Translations under genes and position numbers: made by a program | Notes under the pieces: model-generated | Database searches by the model: none | What the model was told of the DNA's origin: nothing | The model's input: the letters and a program-made list of their open reading frames with translations, nothing else | In this document: in pieces, positions 1-9,869 of the stretch | Layout of the letters: each line of letters begins with the position of its first letter | Position numbering within the stretch: the stretch's first letter is position 1 | Source: an uncultured bacterium | Lineage (GTDB): Bacteria > Krumholzibacteriota > Krumholzibacteriia > Krumholzibacteriales > Krumholzibacteriaceae | Assembly (NCBI GenBank): GCA_963813815.1 | Contig: CAWFAD010000016.1 | Location: 384,001-448,000, forward strand | Length of the DNA: 64,000 nucleotides | Direction: 5' to 3'

Positions 1-1552
1 CGGCATGGTCGTCGCCTCGTGTTCGCCGAAGCTCCACCTCACGACCTTCCGCAACGCGGCGAAGCGCGGCGGGCTCAATCCCTTCCAGTACGTTCAGGTC
101 AACATCCGCGAGCAGTGCTCGTGGGCGCATTCGGACGACAAGGCGGGAGCCACCTGCAAGGCGGTCGGCCTCGTCCGCGGGGGAATCGAGAAGGCGCTTC
201 GCCAGGAGGCGCTCGAGCCGATCCGCGTCACGTCCGTAAAATCGGTGCTCGTCGTCGGCGCGGGTGTCGCCGGGATGCGCGCCGCGATCGAGAGCGCCGA
301 TCTCGGGGTCGAGGTGATTCTCATCGAGCGGCAATCCGAGACCGGCGGCGTCGTCGGAGCGCTCGGGGAGATGTATCCCTCGGGGAAGCGGGGCGCCGAT
401 ATCGCCGCCGCGCTGCGCGACGAGATGCGCTCGAGGCCGAACATCACGCTCTTCACGAACGCCGAGCTCGCCGGGAAAAGCGGGCATATCGGAGATTTCG
501 ACGTCGCGATCCGCGTTCGCCCCTCCGCGGGCGGAGAAGAAACGATCAACGCCAACGTGGGCGCCATCATCGTGGCGACCGGCTTCGACGAGTACCGGCC
601 GGCGGCGGGGGAGTACGAATTCGGGCACGAGTCCGTCGTGACGCTCGGAGAGTTCGAGCGGATGATTCGCGACGGCGGGGGCGAGCTGCGGCGCGGCGGC
701 CGGGAAATCGGAACCGTCGCGTTCATCTATTGCGTCGGAAGCCGTCAGGGCGGCGAGGCGGAGAGCGCCAACCGTTACTGCTCGCGGTACTGCTGCAACG
801 CGGCGATTCACGCCTCCCTCCTGGCCCAGCGGCGTTTTCCCGGGCTGCGGGCGTTTCACCTCTACCGCGACGTGCGGACGTACGGCAAGTTCGAGCTCCT
901 CTACGAGGAGGCATCGAAGGCCGGCGCGGTGTTCCTGCGTTTCGACGGCTCCGAGCCGCCGGCCGTCCGCCCCGAGGGCGGCGGTCTTCTCCTGAGCGTG
1001 AAGGATCTCCTCACCGGGGGGGAGGAGATCGAGATCCCCGTCGATCTCGTCGTGCTCGCCACGGGGATGGTCCCGCGCGCGAACGACGCGCTCACGACCA
1101 CGCTCAAGCTGCCGACGGGCTCGGATCGTTTCTACAACGAGATACACGCCAAGCTCCGCCCGGTGGAGACCGTGATCGACGGCGTGTACATCGCCGGGTG
1201 CTGCCAGGGGCCGCGCAACGCTTCCGAGAGCGTCGCGGCCGCGCTTTCGGCCGTGTCGAAGGCGGCCTCTCTCCTCGTCAAGGGGTACGTCGACCTGCAA
1301 CCCTTCATCGCGTACGTGATGGAGGATCGCTGCGTCTGGTGCGGCGAATGCGAAAAGGCGTGCCCCTACGGCGCGATCGAGAAGGTCCCCTACGGCGACA
1401 AGGACGCGGCCCGCGTCGTGGACGTGCTCTGCAAGGGGTGCGGCGCGTGCGTGCCCGTGTGTCCGACGAACGCGGCCCAGCTCAAGGGATCGAGCGACGA
1501 CCAGATCACGGCGATGATCGATGCGTTCGCGCGGGAGGCGAAGGGTGCCTAA
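1..1552 (+). CDS. hdrA: Heterodisulfide reductase subunit A-like flavoprotein (HdrA/QmoB family), 5' truncated by window edge
   Basis: VVASCSP, NIREQCSWAH, FAD motif VLVVGAGVAG, YCVGSR...YCSRYCC cluster, AGCCQGP, C-terminal 2x[4Fe-4S] (CVWCGECEKACP, CKGCGACVPVCP). Confidence 0.9.
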   Translation, partial: GMVVASCSPKLHLTTFRNAAKRGGLNPFQYVQVNIREQCSWAHSDDKAGATCKAVGLVRGGIEKALRQEALEPIRVTSVKSVLVVGAGVAGMRAAIESADLGVEVILIERQSETGGVVGALGEMYPSGKRGADIAAALRDEMRSRPNITLFTNAELAGKSGHIGDFDVAIRVRPSAGGEETINANVGAIIVATGFDEYRPAAGEYEFGHESVVTLGEFERMIRDGGGELRRGGREIGTVAFIYCVGSRQGGEAESANRYCSRYCCNAAIHASLLAQRRFPGLRAFHLYRDVRTYGKFELLYEEASKAGAVFLRFDGSEPPAVRPEGGGLLLSVKDLLTGGEEIEIPVDLVVLATGMVPRANDALTTTLKLPTGSDRFYNEIHAKLRPVETVIDGVYIAGCCQGPRNASESVAAALSAVSKAASLLVKGYVDLQPFIAYVMEDRCVWCGECEKACPYGAIEKVPYGDKDAARVVDVLCKGCGACVPVCPTNAAQLKGSSDDQITAMIDAFAREAKGA

Positions 1553-1823
1553 GAGCTTCGAGGAACGGTATCCGGAGAGCGCGGCCGTGAAGGGCGAGCG
1601 CCGGCAGATCGCGCGCGCGGAGCACGGCATGCGCCGGCGCGTGCTCGCGCTGCTCCGCGGAGGGGCGAAGACCGTGCCCGAGGTCGCGTCCGCCCTCGGC
1701 ATATCCGCGTACGAGGCGCACTGGTGGATGATGGGATACGTGCGCTACGGGTTCGTCCGCGCGACCGAGGAAGTCACGGAAGAGGGCTACTACAAATACG
1801 CGATCGTCGAAGGGAAAGAGTAG
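1545..1823 (+). CDS. Small winged-helix-like protein in hdrA operon
   Basis: GTG start overlapping the hdrA stop, SD GGGAGG; RRRVLALLRGGAKTVPEVASALGI resembles an HTH; abuts next gene (TAG-ATG). Confidence 0.7.
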   Translation: MPKSFEERYPESAAVKGERRQIARAEHGMRRRVLALLRGGAKTVPEVASALGISAYEAHWWMMGYVRYGFVRATEEVTEEGYYKYAIVEGKE

Positions 1824-2903
1824 ATGGAACGGGTCAAGCCCACCTTCATCGACGACGTGCGCGCGCTCGGCGCGGCCGATCTCAGCGCCTGCTACAGCTG
1901 CGGCACGTGCAGCGCCGTCTGTCCGCTCTCGAAGGACGAGACGTCCTTCCCGCGGAAGATGATCCGCTACGCGATGCTCGGGCTCGAGGGGAGGATCCTC
2001 TCCTCCGCGGAGCCCTGGCTCTGCTATTACTGCGGCGAGTGCAGCAAGACCTGCCCGCGCGAGGCCGATCCGGGCGGACTCATGATGGCGCTCCGCCGCT
2101 ACTCGATTCGGCGGTACTCGATCGGGAGGATCGCGGATGCCTTTTACTCGGCGTTCGCGTCGGGGATCGCGTGGATCGCGCTCACCGCGATCGCGATCGC
2201 GCTCATCCTCGTCTTTCACGATCCGAACATGAACCGCGACGAGGTGGAGTTTCTCTCGTTCATCTCGCTCGACGACATTCACGTCGCCGGCATCGCGATC
2301 GTCGCCTTCATCGGCGCGGCGTTTCTCGCGAACATCTGGATCATGTACCGGGCGATGAAGGCCGGGGGACGCGGCGGGGCGTTCTCGATCGACAACCTCC
2401 GGAAAACGACGCGGGGGGCCGTCCGGGAGATCGTGCTTCAGGAGCGCTTCGGCGAATGCGAGGACAACCGGTTCAGGCGGTGGGCCCACCTGCTCGTCTC
2501 GGGGGGATTCATGGGGATGTTCCTCGCCACCTGCATCATCGCGGCGATCGACTTCGAGTGGATACCGCTTCCGCGGTGGGTGTCGCTCGCCGTCGGCTCC
2601 GTTTCGGGCGCGGCGACGCTCGTCGGGCTGGCGTACTACGCGCGGCTGCGCTTCGCTCGAAAGACCGAATACGCGAAACGCTCGCACCAGAGCGATTGGG
2701 TCTTTCTCGTCCTGCTCGCGGTCTCCGTCGCGAGCGGCTACGTCATGCTCGCGTTCCGGTTTCTGAACATGCCGGCGGCGGCGTACTGGTCGTTCGCCGT
2801 GCATCTCGTCGCCGTGTTCGACCTGCTCATGTCGGTGCCGTTCACGAAATTCGCGCACGTGGTCTACCGGCCGGCGGCCCTCTGGCTCGCCGGCGTGAAA
2901 TAG
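1824..2903 (+). CDS. qmoC: QmoC-like protein: HdrC-type 4Fe-4S dicluster fused to a cytochrome b-type membrane domain
   Basis: CYSCGTCSAVCP and CYYCGECSKTCP; several TM helices with His in RWAHLL, AVHLV, FTKFAH. Confidence 0.75.
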   Translation: MERVKPTFIDDVRALGAADLSACYSCGTCSAVCPLSKDETSFPRKMIRYAMLGLEGRILSSAEPWLCYYCGECSKTCPREADPGGLMMALRRYSIRRYSIGRIADAFYSAFASGIAWIALTAIAIALILVFHDPNMNRDEVEFLSFISLDDIHVAGIAIVAFIGAAFLANIWIMYRAMKAGGRGGAFSIDNLRKTTRGAVREIVLQERFGECEDNRFRRWAHLLVSGGFMGMFLATCIIAAIDFEWIPLPRWVSLAVGSVSGAATLVGLAYYARLRFARKTEYAKRSHQSDWVFLVLLAVSVASGYVMLAFRFLNMPAAAYWSFAVHLVAVFDLLMSVPFTKFAHVVYRPAALWLAGVK

Positions 2904-2969
2904 TCCCTTCCGGAACGCCGGGCGCCGCCGCGCGCGGCCGGCCCGGGCCTCGGCTCCAAGGAGGATGCG

Positions 2970-3449
2970 ATGAGCGACGGTGCTCAGGAAAAAGCCAGTA
3001 TCATCGTCATGAGCGGCGATCTCGACAAGGTCATGGGGGCGTTCATCATCGCCAACGGCGCCGCCGCGTTCGACATGAAGGTCACGATGTTCTTCACCTT
3101 CTGGGGGCTCAAGGCGATTCAGAAGGGGAATCTCACCGGCAAGAGCCTCATGGGGAGGATGCTCGGCCTCATGAACCGCGGCGGGGTGGAGGCGATCGGC
3201 CCCTCGCGCCTCAACATGGGGGGCATGGGCCGCTGGATGTTCAAGAAGATGATGAAGGAGAAGAAGGTCACCCCCCTCGCGACGCTCGTCAGCCAGGCGA
3301 GGGAGCAGGGGGTGCGGCTCGTGGCCTGCGAGATGAGCTGCAACGTCATGGAGATCGGCAAGAAGGATTTCATCGAGGGCGTGGAGATGGGAGGGGTGGC
3401 GACGTTCATCGCCGAGGCGTCGGAGTCGAAATTCTCGCTCTTCATTTAG
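2970..3449 (+). CDS. DsrE/DsrF/DrsH-like (DsrE2) sulfur-relay protein
   Basis: SGDLDK, MFFTFWGL, LVACEMS, GGVATF, ends SLFI; SD AAGGAGG. Confidence 0.85.
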   Translation: MSDGAQEKASIIVMSGDLDKVMGAFIIANGAAAFDMKVTMFFTFWGLKAIQKGNLTGKSLMGRMLGLMNRGGVEAIGPSRLNMGGMGRWMFKKMMKEKKVTPLATLVSQAREQGVRLVACEMSCNVMEIGKKDFIEGVEMGGVATFIAEASESKFSLFI

Positions 3450-3628
3450 GGGGTTGCCGATCCTCCGCCGCGCCGGTATACTGATACCGGCACGGCGATT
3501 CAACTCCACCAGTAACACGCGGAGTCCGGCCCCGCCGAATTCCTTTGTGGTTGCGGTCGGGCCGCCGAGCGGCGAAGCATCGTGCGGCGCCCCGTCCGTC
3601 CGATCAATGAAGAATAGAGGAAAGGCGT

Positions 3629-5863
3629 ATGAGGCGGGTTCTCCTCTATATGCTGCCGGTTCTCGTGATTGTGACGGCCGGGCTCGCCGTGCTCGGCGTC
3701 CTTCAGGTACGCTCGGTGCGCGAGCATTTTATGGAAGACCTCGCTCGCAAGGCGCGCACCGTCGCCGAGAGCACCGCGTTCGCCGCCTCCGATCTGCTGT
3801 CCCGCGGCGATTCGGCCGCCGCCAGCCGCCTCGTCGAGGGATTCCAGCGGCGCGAGCAGCTCCAGGGGTGCGTGATCTTCGACCGGCGGGGGCGGATCTT
3901 CGCGATCACGGAGCGCGTGTCCGCGTGGGGAAGCGAAAGCAAGCCCTATATCCGGACCGCCCTCGATACGGGTGTTCCCCGCAGCGGGCTCGAGCGTTAC
4001 GGCACTCTGTCTCTCTACAGCTACGTGCTCCCCATCGAGAACGCGGCGGGCGAGGTCATCGGCGCCGTCGAGGTGGTGTACGACACGGCGTACCTCTTCG
4101 ATACGCTCGCGGGGCTCTGGCGCCGCATCAGCATCGTTCTCATCTCCCTCCTTTCGGTCATCGTGGTCATATCTCTCATCTTCGAACGGCAGACGTACGT
4201 TCTGCCGCTCCGGCGCCTCACGACGTGGTTCAATAGGTTCCAGCGCGGCGAGCTCGACCGGCTGACTCCGTTCAGGGCGCGCGGCGAGCTCGCCAATCTC
4301 GTGAGGGAGGTCGAGCAAGTGGCGCTCAGCCTCCGCGTGGCGCGCCGGACGGTTTCGGGCGAGGCGCAGGAGCGCATTCGAAACGAGGAGCGCTGGACGG
4401 AGGGAAGGCTCCGCGATCTCGTGCTCGCGCGCCTCGGCGAGAATATGCTCTTCGTCGTTTCGAACCGGGAGCCGTACGAGCACGTTTTCGACGAGGCGAG
4501 CGGCGGAGCGCGATGCGTGCGTCCCGCGAGCGGCGTCGTCACCGCGATCGACCCGATCCTGCGAGCATGCGGCGGCACGTGGATCGCTCACGGCAGCGGC
4601 AGCGCCGACCGAAAATTCGTCAACTCGCGGAGCAAGCTCGTCGTTCCCCCCGGCGACGACCGGTACATTCTCAAGCGCGTTTGGCTCACCAAGGAGGAAG
4701 AAGCGGGATATTACTACGGCTTCTCGAACGAGGGGCTCTGGCCGCTCTGCCACGTCACCCATACGCGGCCCGTGTTCCGCGAGAGCGACTGGCGGATGTA
4801 CCGGCGGGCGAACGAGAAGTTCGCCGACGCCGTGATCGAGGAGCTGCCGTCGCGGGCGCCGTTCGTATTCATTCAGGATTACCATTTCACGCTCCTGCCG
4901 CGCCTCATCAAGGAGCGGCGCCCCGACGCCACGGTGGCGCTCTTCTGGCATATTCCGTGGCCGAACCCGGAAGCGTTCGCGATTTGTCCGTATCAGCACG
5001 AAATTCTCGACGGCATGCTCGGCTGCGATCTCATCGGGTTTCATGTGCAGTATCACTGCAACAACTTTCTCGATACCGCGAACCGTCTCGTCGAGTGCCG
5101 CGTCGACACCGAGCGGTTCAGTGTCGTGCGAGCGCAGAAGGAAACCTTCGTGCGTTCCTTTCCGATCAGCGTGGCGCCGCCCGCCGCGGGGGACGCCGAC
5201 CCGGCGATCGCTTCCGAGATCGCCCGGATCCGTCGCGAATTCTCGCTCGAGGGGCGGATCGTGGCGATCGGCGTCGACCGCATCGACTACACAAAGGGGA
5301 TCAAGGAGCGATTCCTCGCGGTCGATCGTTTTCTCGAGAAGTGGCCGGAATACCGGAAGAGGTTCGTGTTCGTCCAGATCGGCGCTCCGAGCCGGACCCA
5401 TATCAAGAGCTATCACGATCTCTCCGCCGAGATCGACGAGCTCGTCCAGAATATCAACTGGAAATACTCCGAGGATTCCTGGGCTCCCATCATCTACCAT
5501 CGGCGGCAGTTCACGCCGGAGGAAATCAGGCCGTACTACGCTCTCGCCGATCTCTGCGTCGTGAGCTCGCTCCACGACGGCATGAACCTTGTCGCCAAGG
5601 AGTTCGTCACCGTCGCGGGGGACCGCCCGGCCATGCTCGTCTTGAGCCGGTTTACTGGGGCGGCGCGGGAGCTCACCGACGCCGTGCTCGTCAATCCGTA
5701 CTCCATCGAGGAATTCGCCGGAGCGATCCGCTTGGCGATCGAGATGCCGGACGCCGAGAAGCGCAAACGGCTCGAAAGCATGCGCTCGATCATCACCGAC
5801 AACAACGTCTACCGCTGGGCCGCGAACATCATCACGGAGCTGACGTCGCTCAAGAGGGAGTGA
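3629..5863 (+). CDS. otsA: Trehalose-6-phosphate synthase (GT20) with N-terminal TM-extracytoplasmic-TM-HAMP-like extension
   Basis: VVSNREP, YYYGFSNEGLWPLCH, QDYH, FWHIPWP, GVDRIDYTKG, DGMNLVAKE; first ~260 aa have two TM helices and a HAMP-like linker. Confidence 0.9.
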   Translation: MRRVLLYMLPVLVIVTAGLAVLGVLQVRSVREHFMEDLARKARTVAESTAFAASDLLSRGDSAAASRLVEGFQRREQLQGCVIFDRRGRIFAITERVSAWGSESKPYIRTALDTGVPRSGLERYGTLSLYSYVLPIENAAGEVIGAVEVVYDTAYLFDTLAGLWRRISIVLISLLSVIVVISLIFERQTYVLPLRRLTTWFNRFQRGELDRLTPFRARGELANLVREVEQVALSLRVARRTVSGEAQERIRNEERWTEGRLRDLVLARLGENMLFVVSNREPYEHVFDEASGGARCVRPASGVVTAIDPILRACGGTWIAHGSGSADRKFVNSRSKLVVPPGDDRYILKRVWLTKEEEAGYYYGFSNEGLWPLCHVTHTRPVFRESDWRMYRRANEKFADAVIEELPSRAPFVFIQDYHFTLLPRLIKERRPDATVALFWHIPWPNPEAFAICPYQHEILDGMLGCDLIGFHVQYHCNNFLDTANRLVECRVDTERFSVVRAQKETFVRSFPISVAPPAAGDADPAIASEIARIRREFSLEGRIVAIGVDRIDYTKGIKERFLAVDRFLEKWPEYRKRFVFVQIGAPSRTHIKSYHDLSAEIDELVQNINWKYSEDSWAPIIYHRRQFTPEEIRPYYALADLCVVSSLHDGMNLVAKEFVTVAGDRPAMLVLSRFTGAARELTDAVLVNPYSIEEFAGAIRLAIEMPDAEKRKRLESMRSIITDNNVYRWAANIITELTSLKRE

Positions 5864-5915
5864 CCTCGGCCCGCTCTGGCCCCGGGCCGTCGCACCGGCG
5901 ACCGAAGGCAGCGAC

Positions 5916-6713
5916 ATGAGACACCTATTCGACGATTGGGAACCGGTTCTCGCGCGCATGGCCGGCTCGCACGTGCTCCTCCTTCTCGATTTCGACGGCA
6001 CGCTGGCGCCCATCGCGCCGACGCCCGGCGAGGCCGCGCTCCCGGCGCCGACGCGCTCCGTGCTCGAACGTCTGGTGCGGAGCCCCCGGTGCACCGTCGT
6101 CGTCGTGAGCGGCCGCGCGCTCGACGACATCCGCGCCAAGATCGGACTCGACGGCGTCGTGTACGTGGGCAGCCACGGGCTCGAATCCGACGGGTTTCCC
6201 CCGTACGAACCGACGGCGTCGTTCCGGGAGACGCTCGCTCGCGCGAGGAGCGAGCTCGGGGCGCGCCTCGCCGGCGTGCCGGGCGTGATCTTCGAGGACA
6301 AGAAGGTTTCGCTCGCCGTTCATTACCGGCGCGTCGAGCCGCGAGAGATCGCCCGCGTCGAAAGCGCCGTTCGCGGCGCGGTCGCGGCGCTCGATCACGG
6401 GGAACTGCTGGAAGTCTCCCCCGGAAAGATGGTGTTCGAGTTGCGGCCGCGTCTCGGCTGGAACAAAGGGACGGCCGTCGATCTCGTCGTTCGCGCCGAG
6501 GAACGCCGCCGCGGCGGCTGTGTATTTCCCATCTACGTCGGGGACGATGCCACCGACGAGGACGGATTCCGCGCGCTGGAGGGGCGGGGACTCGCCGTGC
6601 TCGTCGGGGAGAGACCGGAGTCGAACGCAACGCATTTTGTCTCTGATACGGAGGAGGTGGCGCGGATGCTCCGCGAGATCGTCGGACGCTGCGGAGAGCC
6701 GCCCGGCTCATGA
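5916..6713 (+). CDS. otsB: Trehalose-6-phosphate phosphatase (HAD)
   Basis: LDFDGTL, VSGR, GSHGLE, GKMVFELRP, NKG, YVGDDATDEDGF. Confidence 0.93.
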   Translation: MRHLFDDWEPVLARMAGSHVLLLLDFDGTLAPIAPTPGEAALPAPTRSVLERLVRSPRCTVVVVSGRALDDIRAKIGLDGVVYVGSHGLESDGFPPYEPTASFRETLARARSELGARLAGVPGVIFEDKKVSLAVHYRRVEPREIARVESAVRGAVAALDHGELLEVSPGKMVFELRPRLGWNKGTAVDLVVRAEERRRGGCVFPIYVGDDATDEDGFRALEGRGLAVLVGERPESNATHFVSDTEEVARMLREIVGRCGEPPGS

Positions 6714-7378
6714 GCGAGATGCGCGCGCAGAATCCCTTTCGCTTTCATACGCGGCTCCACCTCTCCGAGCTCACGGGGCTCAAGGCGGCCACGATCGCGC
6801 AGCTCCTCGCGCAGGTGCGCTCGGCGCCCGGTTCGAGCATCTACCATCACACGCACCGGTATCTCCAGCAGCACCAATACCTCTCCCCGGAGCCGCCGAA
6901 CGACTTTGCCCACTGGGTGACGTACGAGCTCGGAGACGAGGAGCTCGGCGAGCGGCTCGCTAGCATCGATACCGTCGGCTTTTCGACTATCCGGTCGCTC
7001 CGCGACCGGATCGCGGAGGTTCTCGAGGCGTATCTCGAGGAGAAGCCATCGGCGAAACGGAGGTTTTCCGCCGAGGGCCGCGAATTTCATTTCATAAAAT
7101 CGGTCAGCTTTGTGATCGCGACGAAGCACGTCGCCTGGGACCTCGCCCAGTTCGCCGATGAGCTCGGGAAGGTCACGGTCGACTCCATCTACTATCACAT
7201 GTTCGAGGCGCGTCTCCGCCTCGAGCGGGGCCGGAACGATTTTTCTTTGTGGCTCGAGACTTCGCTCGGCGAACGCAGGATCGCCGAGGAGATCTCGAGG
7301 CTGGATCCTTACACGCGGACACTCGATAATCTCCGGGCCACGATCATCCGGATCGTGGAGAAGCGGATCGGACGGTGA
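6710..7378 (+). CDS. DUF5752-like protein with internal duplication
   Basis: Two similar halves (SIYHH...NDFAHWV...LG and SIYYH...NDFSLWL...LG); lies between otsB and treT. Confidence 0.75.
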   Translation: MSEMRAQNPFRFHTRLHLSELTGLKAATIAQLLAQVRSAPGSSIYHHTHRYLQQHQYLSPEPPNDFAHWVTYELGDEELGERLASIDTVGFSTIRSLRDRIAEVLEAYLEEKPSAKRRFSAEGREFHFIKSVSFVIATKHVAWDLAQFADELGKVTVDSIYYHMFEARLRLERGRNDFSLWLETSLGERRIAEEISRLDPYTRTLDNLRATIIRIVEKRIGR

Positions 7379-7379
7379 T

Positions 7380-8591
7380 ATGACGGATATCAACGACTAC
7401 ATTCCGATCGTCGGGCAATCGATCGTCGACGACCTGCGGCTGCTCGCCGAGCGCCTGCAGGGGAAGGTGGTTCAGCACGTCAATTCGACGGCGGTCGGCG
7501 GCGGGGTCGCCGAAATCCTCACCAGGATGGTGCCGCTGCTGCGCGATCTCGGCGTCGACACGCGGTGGGATCTCATCAAGGGCGGAGAGCAGTTCTTCGC
7601 CGTCACGAAAAAGTTTCACAACGCGCTGCACGGGCGCGGCGAGGAGATATCGCGCGCCGACTTCGACGTATTTCTCGACGCGAGCGAGGCCAATATCCGC
7701 GAGGTCGATATTCACGGGGACATCGTCTTCATTCACGACCCGCAACCGATCGCTCTCGTCAATCGCGCGGCCGGCAACAAATGGATTTGGCGCTGCCACG
7801 TCGACGTGTCGAATCCGGACCGGAGGGTGTGGAAGTTCCTCCGCAAGTTCATGGTGTGCTACGACGCGGCGGTCTTCTCGGCGCCCAGCTTTTCACAAGT
7901 GCTTCCGATCCGGCAGTTTCTCATCGCTCCCTCGATCGATCCGCTGAGCGACAAGAACCGGGAGCTTTCCGAGGAGACGATCGCCGCGGTTCTCGAAAAA
8001 TACGGCATTCCGAGGGACAAGCCCATCGTCACGCAGATATCTCGGTTCGACCGTCTCAAGGATCCGATCGGCGTGATACGGGCCCACGCGCAGGTCAGGC
8101 GGTACATCGACTGCCGCCTCGTGCTCGCGGGAGGCACGGCGGAGGACGATCCGGAGGGCATGCAGGTGCTGGAGGAAGCGCGCGAGGAGGCGCGCGGGGA
8201 TCCCGATGTCCATATCCTGCTGCTGCCGCAGAACGATATCGAGGTAAACGCGCTGCAGCGCGCCTCGTCCGTCATCGTCCAGAAATCGCTCAAGGAAGGA
8301 TTCGGGCTGACGGTGTCGGAGGCCCTCTGGAAGGGGAAGCCGGTCGTCGCCTCGAACGTCGGCGGTATTCCGCTGCAGGTCACGCACAAATACTCGGGTC
8401 TCCTGTGCCATTCGATCGAGGGGGCGGCGTTCGCGATCAAGCAGCTCCTTTCGAGCCCCGAGTACGCCCGCAGACTCGGCGAGAACGGCCGCGAACACGT
8501 CCGCAACAATTTTCTCCTGACGCGCCACCTTCGCGATTATCTACTCGTCTTCCTGTCCTTGTACCACGAGGGGGACATCGTCGCCCTCTAG
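7380..8591 (+). CDS. treT: Trehalose synthase / glycosyltransferase TreT (GT4)
   Basis: HVNSTAVGGGVAEIL, IHDPQP, WRCHVD, QISRFDRLKDP, QKSLKEGFGLTVSEALWK; ATG at 7380. Confidence 0.9.
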   Translation: MTDINDYIPIVGQSIVDDLRLLAERLQGKVVQHVNSTAVGGGVAEILTRMVPLLRDLGVDTRWDLIKGGEQFFAVTKKFHNALHGRGEEISRADFDVFLDASEANIREVDIHGDIVFIHDPQPIALVNRAAGNKWIWRCHVDVSNPDRRVWKFLRKFMVCYDAAVFSAPSFSQVLPIRQFLIAPSIDPLSDKNRELSEETIAAVLEKYGIPRDKPIVTQISRFDRLKDPIGVIRAHAQVRRYIDCRLVLAGGTAEDDPEGMQVLEEAREEARGDPDVHILLLPQNDIEVNALQRASSVIVQKSLKEGFGLTVSEALWKGKPVVASNVGGIPLQVTHKYSGLLCHSIEGAAFAIKQLLSSPEYARRLGENGREHVRNNFLLTRHLRDYLLVFLSLYHEGDIVAL

Positions 8592-8705
8592 CTCGGCGCC
8601 GGGCAGGAGGGGGTATCCCGGGGCGCGCCGCATGCTGTATAATGACCTGGACGGAGACGGCTCGCTCCCGGCCGGGTTTTCATTCGAAGGATCCGTCGAA
8701 CGCTC

Positions 8706-9869
8706 ATGAAACCGCTGTACTGGATCTCGCTCGTCCTCATCCTCTATACCTACGCGGGGTATCCGCTCGCGCTCTACCTCTGGGCGCGGTTGCGGCCGCG
8801 GCCCGTTCGAAAGGACCGCTCCGCCGCCGAGCCGCTCGTGACGGTCGTCGTCGCCGCGAGGAACGAGGAGAGCGTCATCGGGAAACGCATCGAGAACCTC
8901 CTCGCGCAGGGCTACCCGCCGCGGAAGCTCGAGATCGTCGTCGTCTCGGACGGATCGAGCGACGGGACGGATCGGATCGTTGCGGCGCTGGCCGAGCGGG
9001 AGGGGGCGACGATTCGGAAGGGCGCGGAACTCCTGCCGCGGATCCGCCTCGTGAAGATCCCCGAGGGCCGGGGGAAGCCGAACGCCCTCAACGCCGGCGT
9101 CGGGATCGCCCGGGGGGAAATCGTCGTTTTCACCGACGCGCGGCAGGAGTTCGAGGCGAACGCCGTGCGCGAGCTCGTGGCGAACTTCGCCGATCCCTCG
9201 GTCGGCAGCGTGAGCGGGGAGCTCGCCTTCCGCGGGCGGGAAGGGGCGGGCGTCGAGACGGAGATGGGGCTCTACTGGACGATCGAGAAATGGATCCGCA
9301 GGACCGAGGGGCTCGTTCATTCGGTCGCCGGGGCCACGGGGGCGATCTACGCGATACGGCGGGGGCTCTACGAGACCGTTCCGGAGGAGACGCTCCTCGA
9401 CGACGTCTACGTGCCGATGAAGATCGTCTGCCGCGGCTACCGGAACGCTTTCGACGAGCGCGCGATCGCGCGCGACGTTTTCTCGAAGAACCTGCCGGAG
9501 GAGAAGCGGCGCAAGATCCGGACGCTGCTCGGGAACTACCAGCTTCTGCGCCTCATGCCGGAGCTGTCCTCGCCGGCGGGCAATCCGATTTTCATCCAGT
9601 TCTTCTCGCACAAGGTGGCGAGGCTCTTCGTGCCGCTGTTCTTTATCGCGCTCCTCGTCGCGTCGGCCCTCGCCACGGGCGCGATCTACCGGCTGACCCT
9701 GTGGGGCGTCGTCGCGCTCGCGCTGCTCGCCGCCTGCCGGCGGCAGGTCGCGCGTCTGCCGGTCGTCGGAAAGCTCGGAGCGGCGGCGAGCACCTTTTTC
9801 ACGCTCAACTACTTCGCGCTCCTCGCGTTCTTTTACCTGTTCAGGCCGGGGAAGAGGCGGATCTGGTAG
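8706..9869 (+). CDS. Family 2 glycosyltransferase (membrane, polysaccharide synthesis)
   Basis: VVAARNEE, SDGSSD, GKPNALN, FTDAR, GATGAIYAIRR, LLDD; N- and C-terminal TM helices. Confidence 0.88.
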   Translation: MKPLYWISLVLILYTYAGYPLALYLWARLRPRPVRKDRSAAEPLVTVVVAARNEESVIGKRIENLLAQGYPPRKLEIVVVSDGSSDGTDRIVAALAEREGATIRKGAELLPRIRLVKIPEGRGKPNALNAGVGIARGEIVVFTDARQEFEANAVRELVANFADPSVGSVSGELAFRGREGAGVETEMGLYWTIEKWIRRTEGLVHSVAGATGAIYAIRRGLYETVPEETLLDDVYVPMKIVCRGYRNAFDERAIARDVFSKNLPEEKRRKIRTLLGNYQLLRLMPELSSPAGNPIFIQFFSHKVARLFVPLFFIALLVASALATGAIYRLTLWGVVALALLAACRRQVARLPVVGKLGAAASTFFTLNYFALLAFFYLFRPGKRRIW

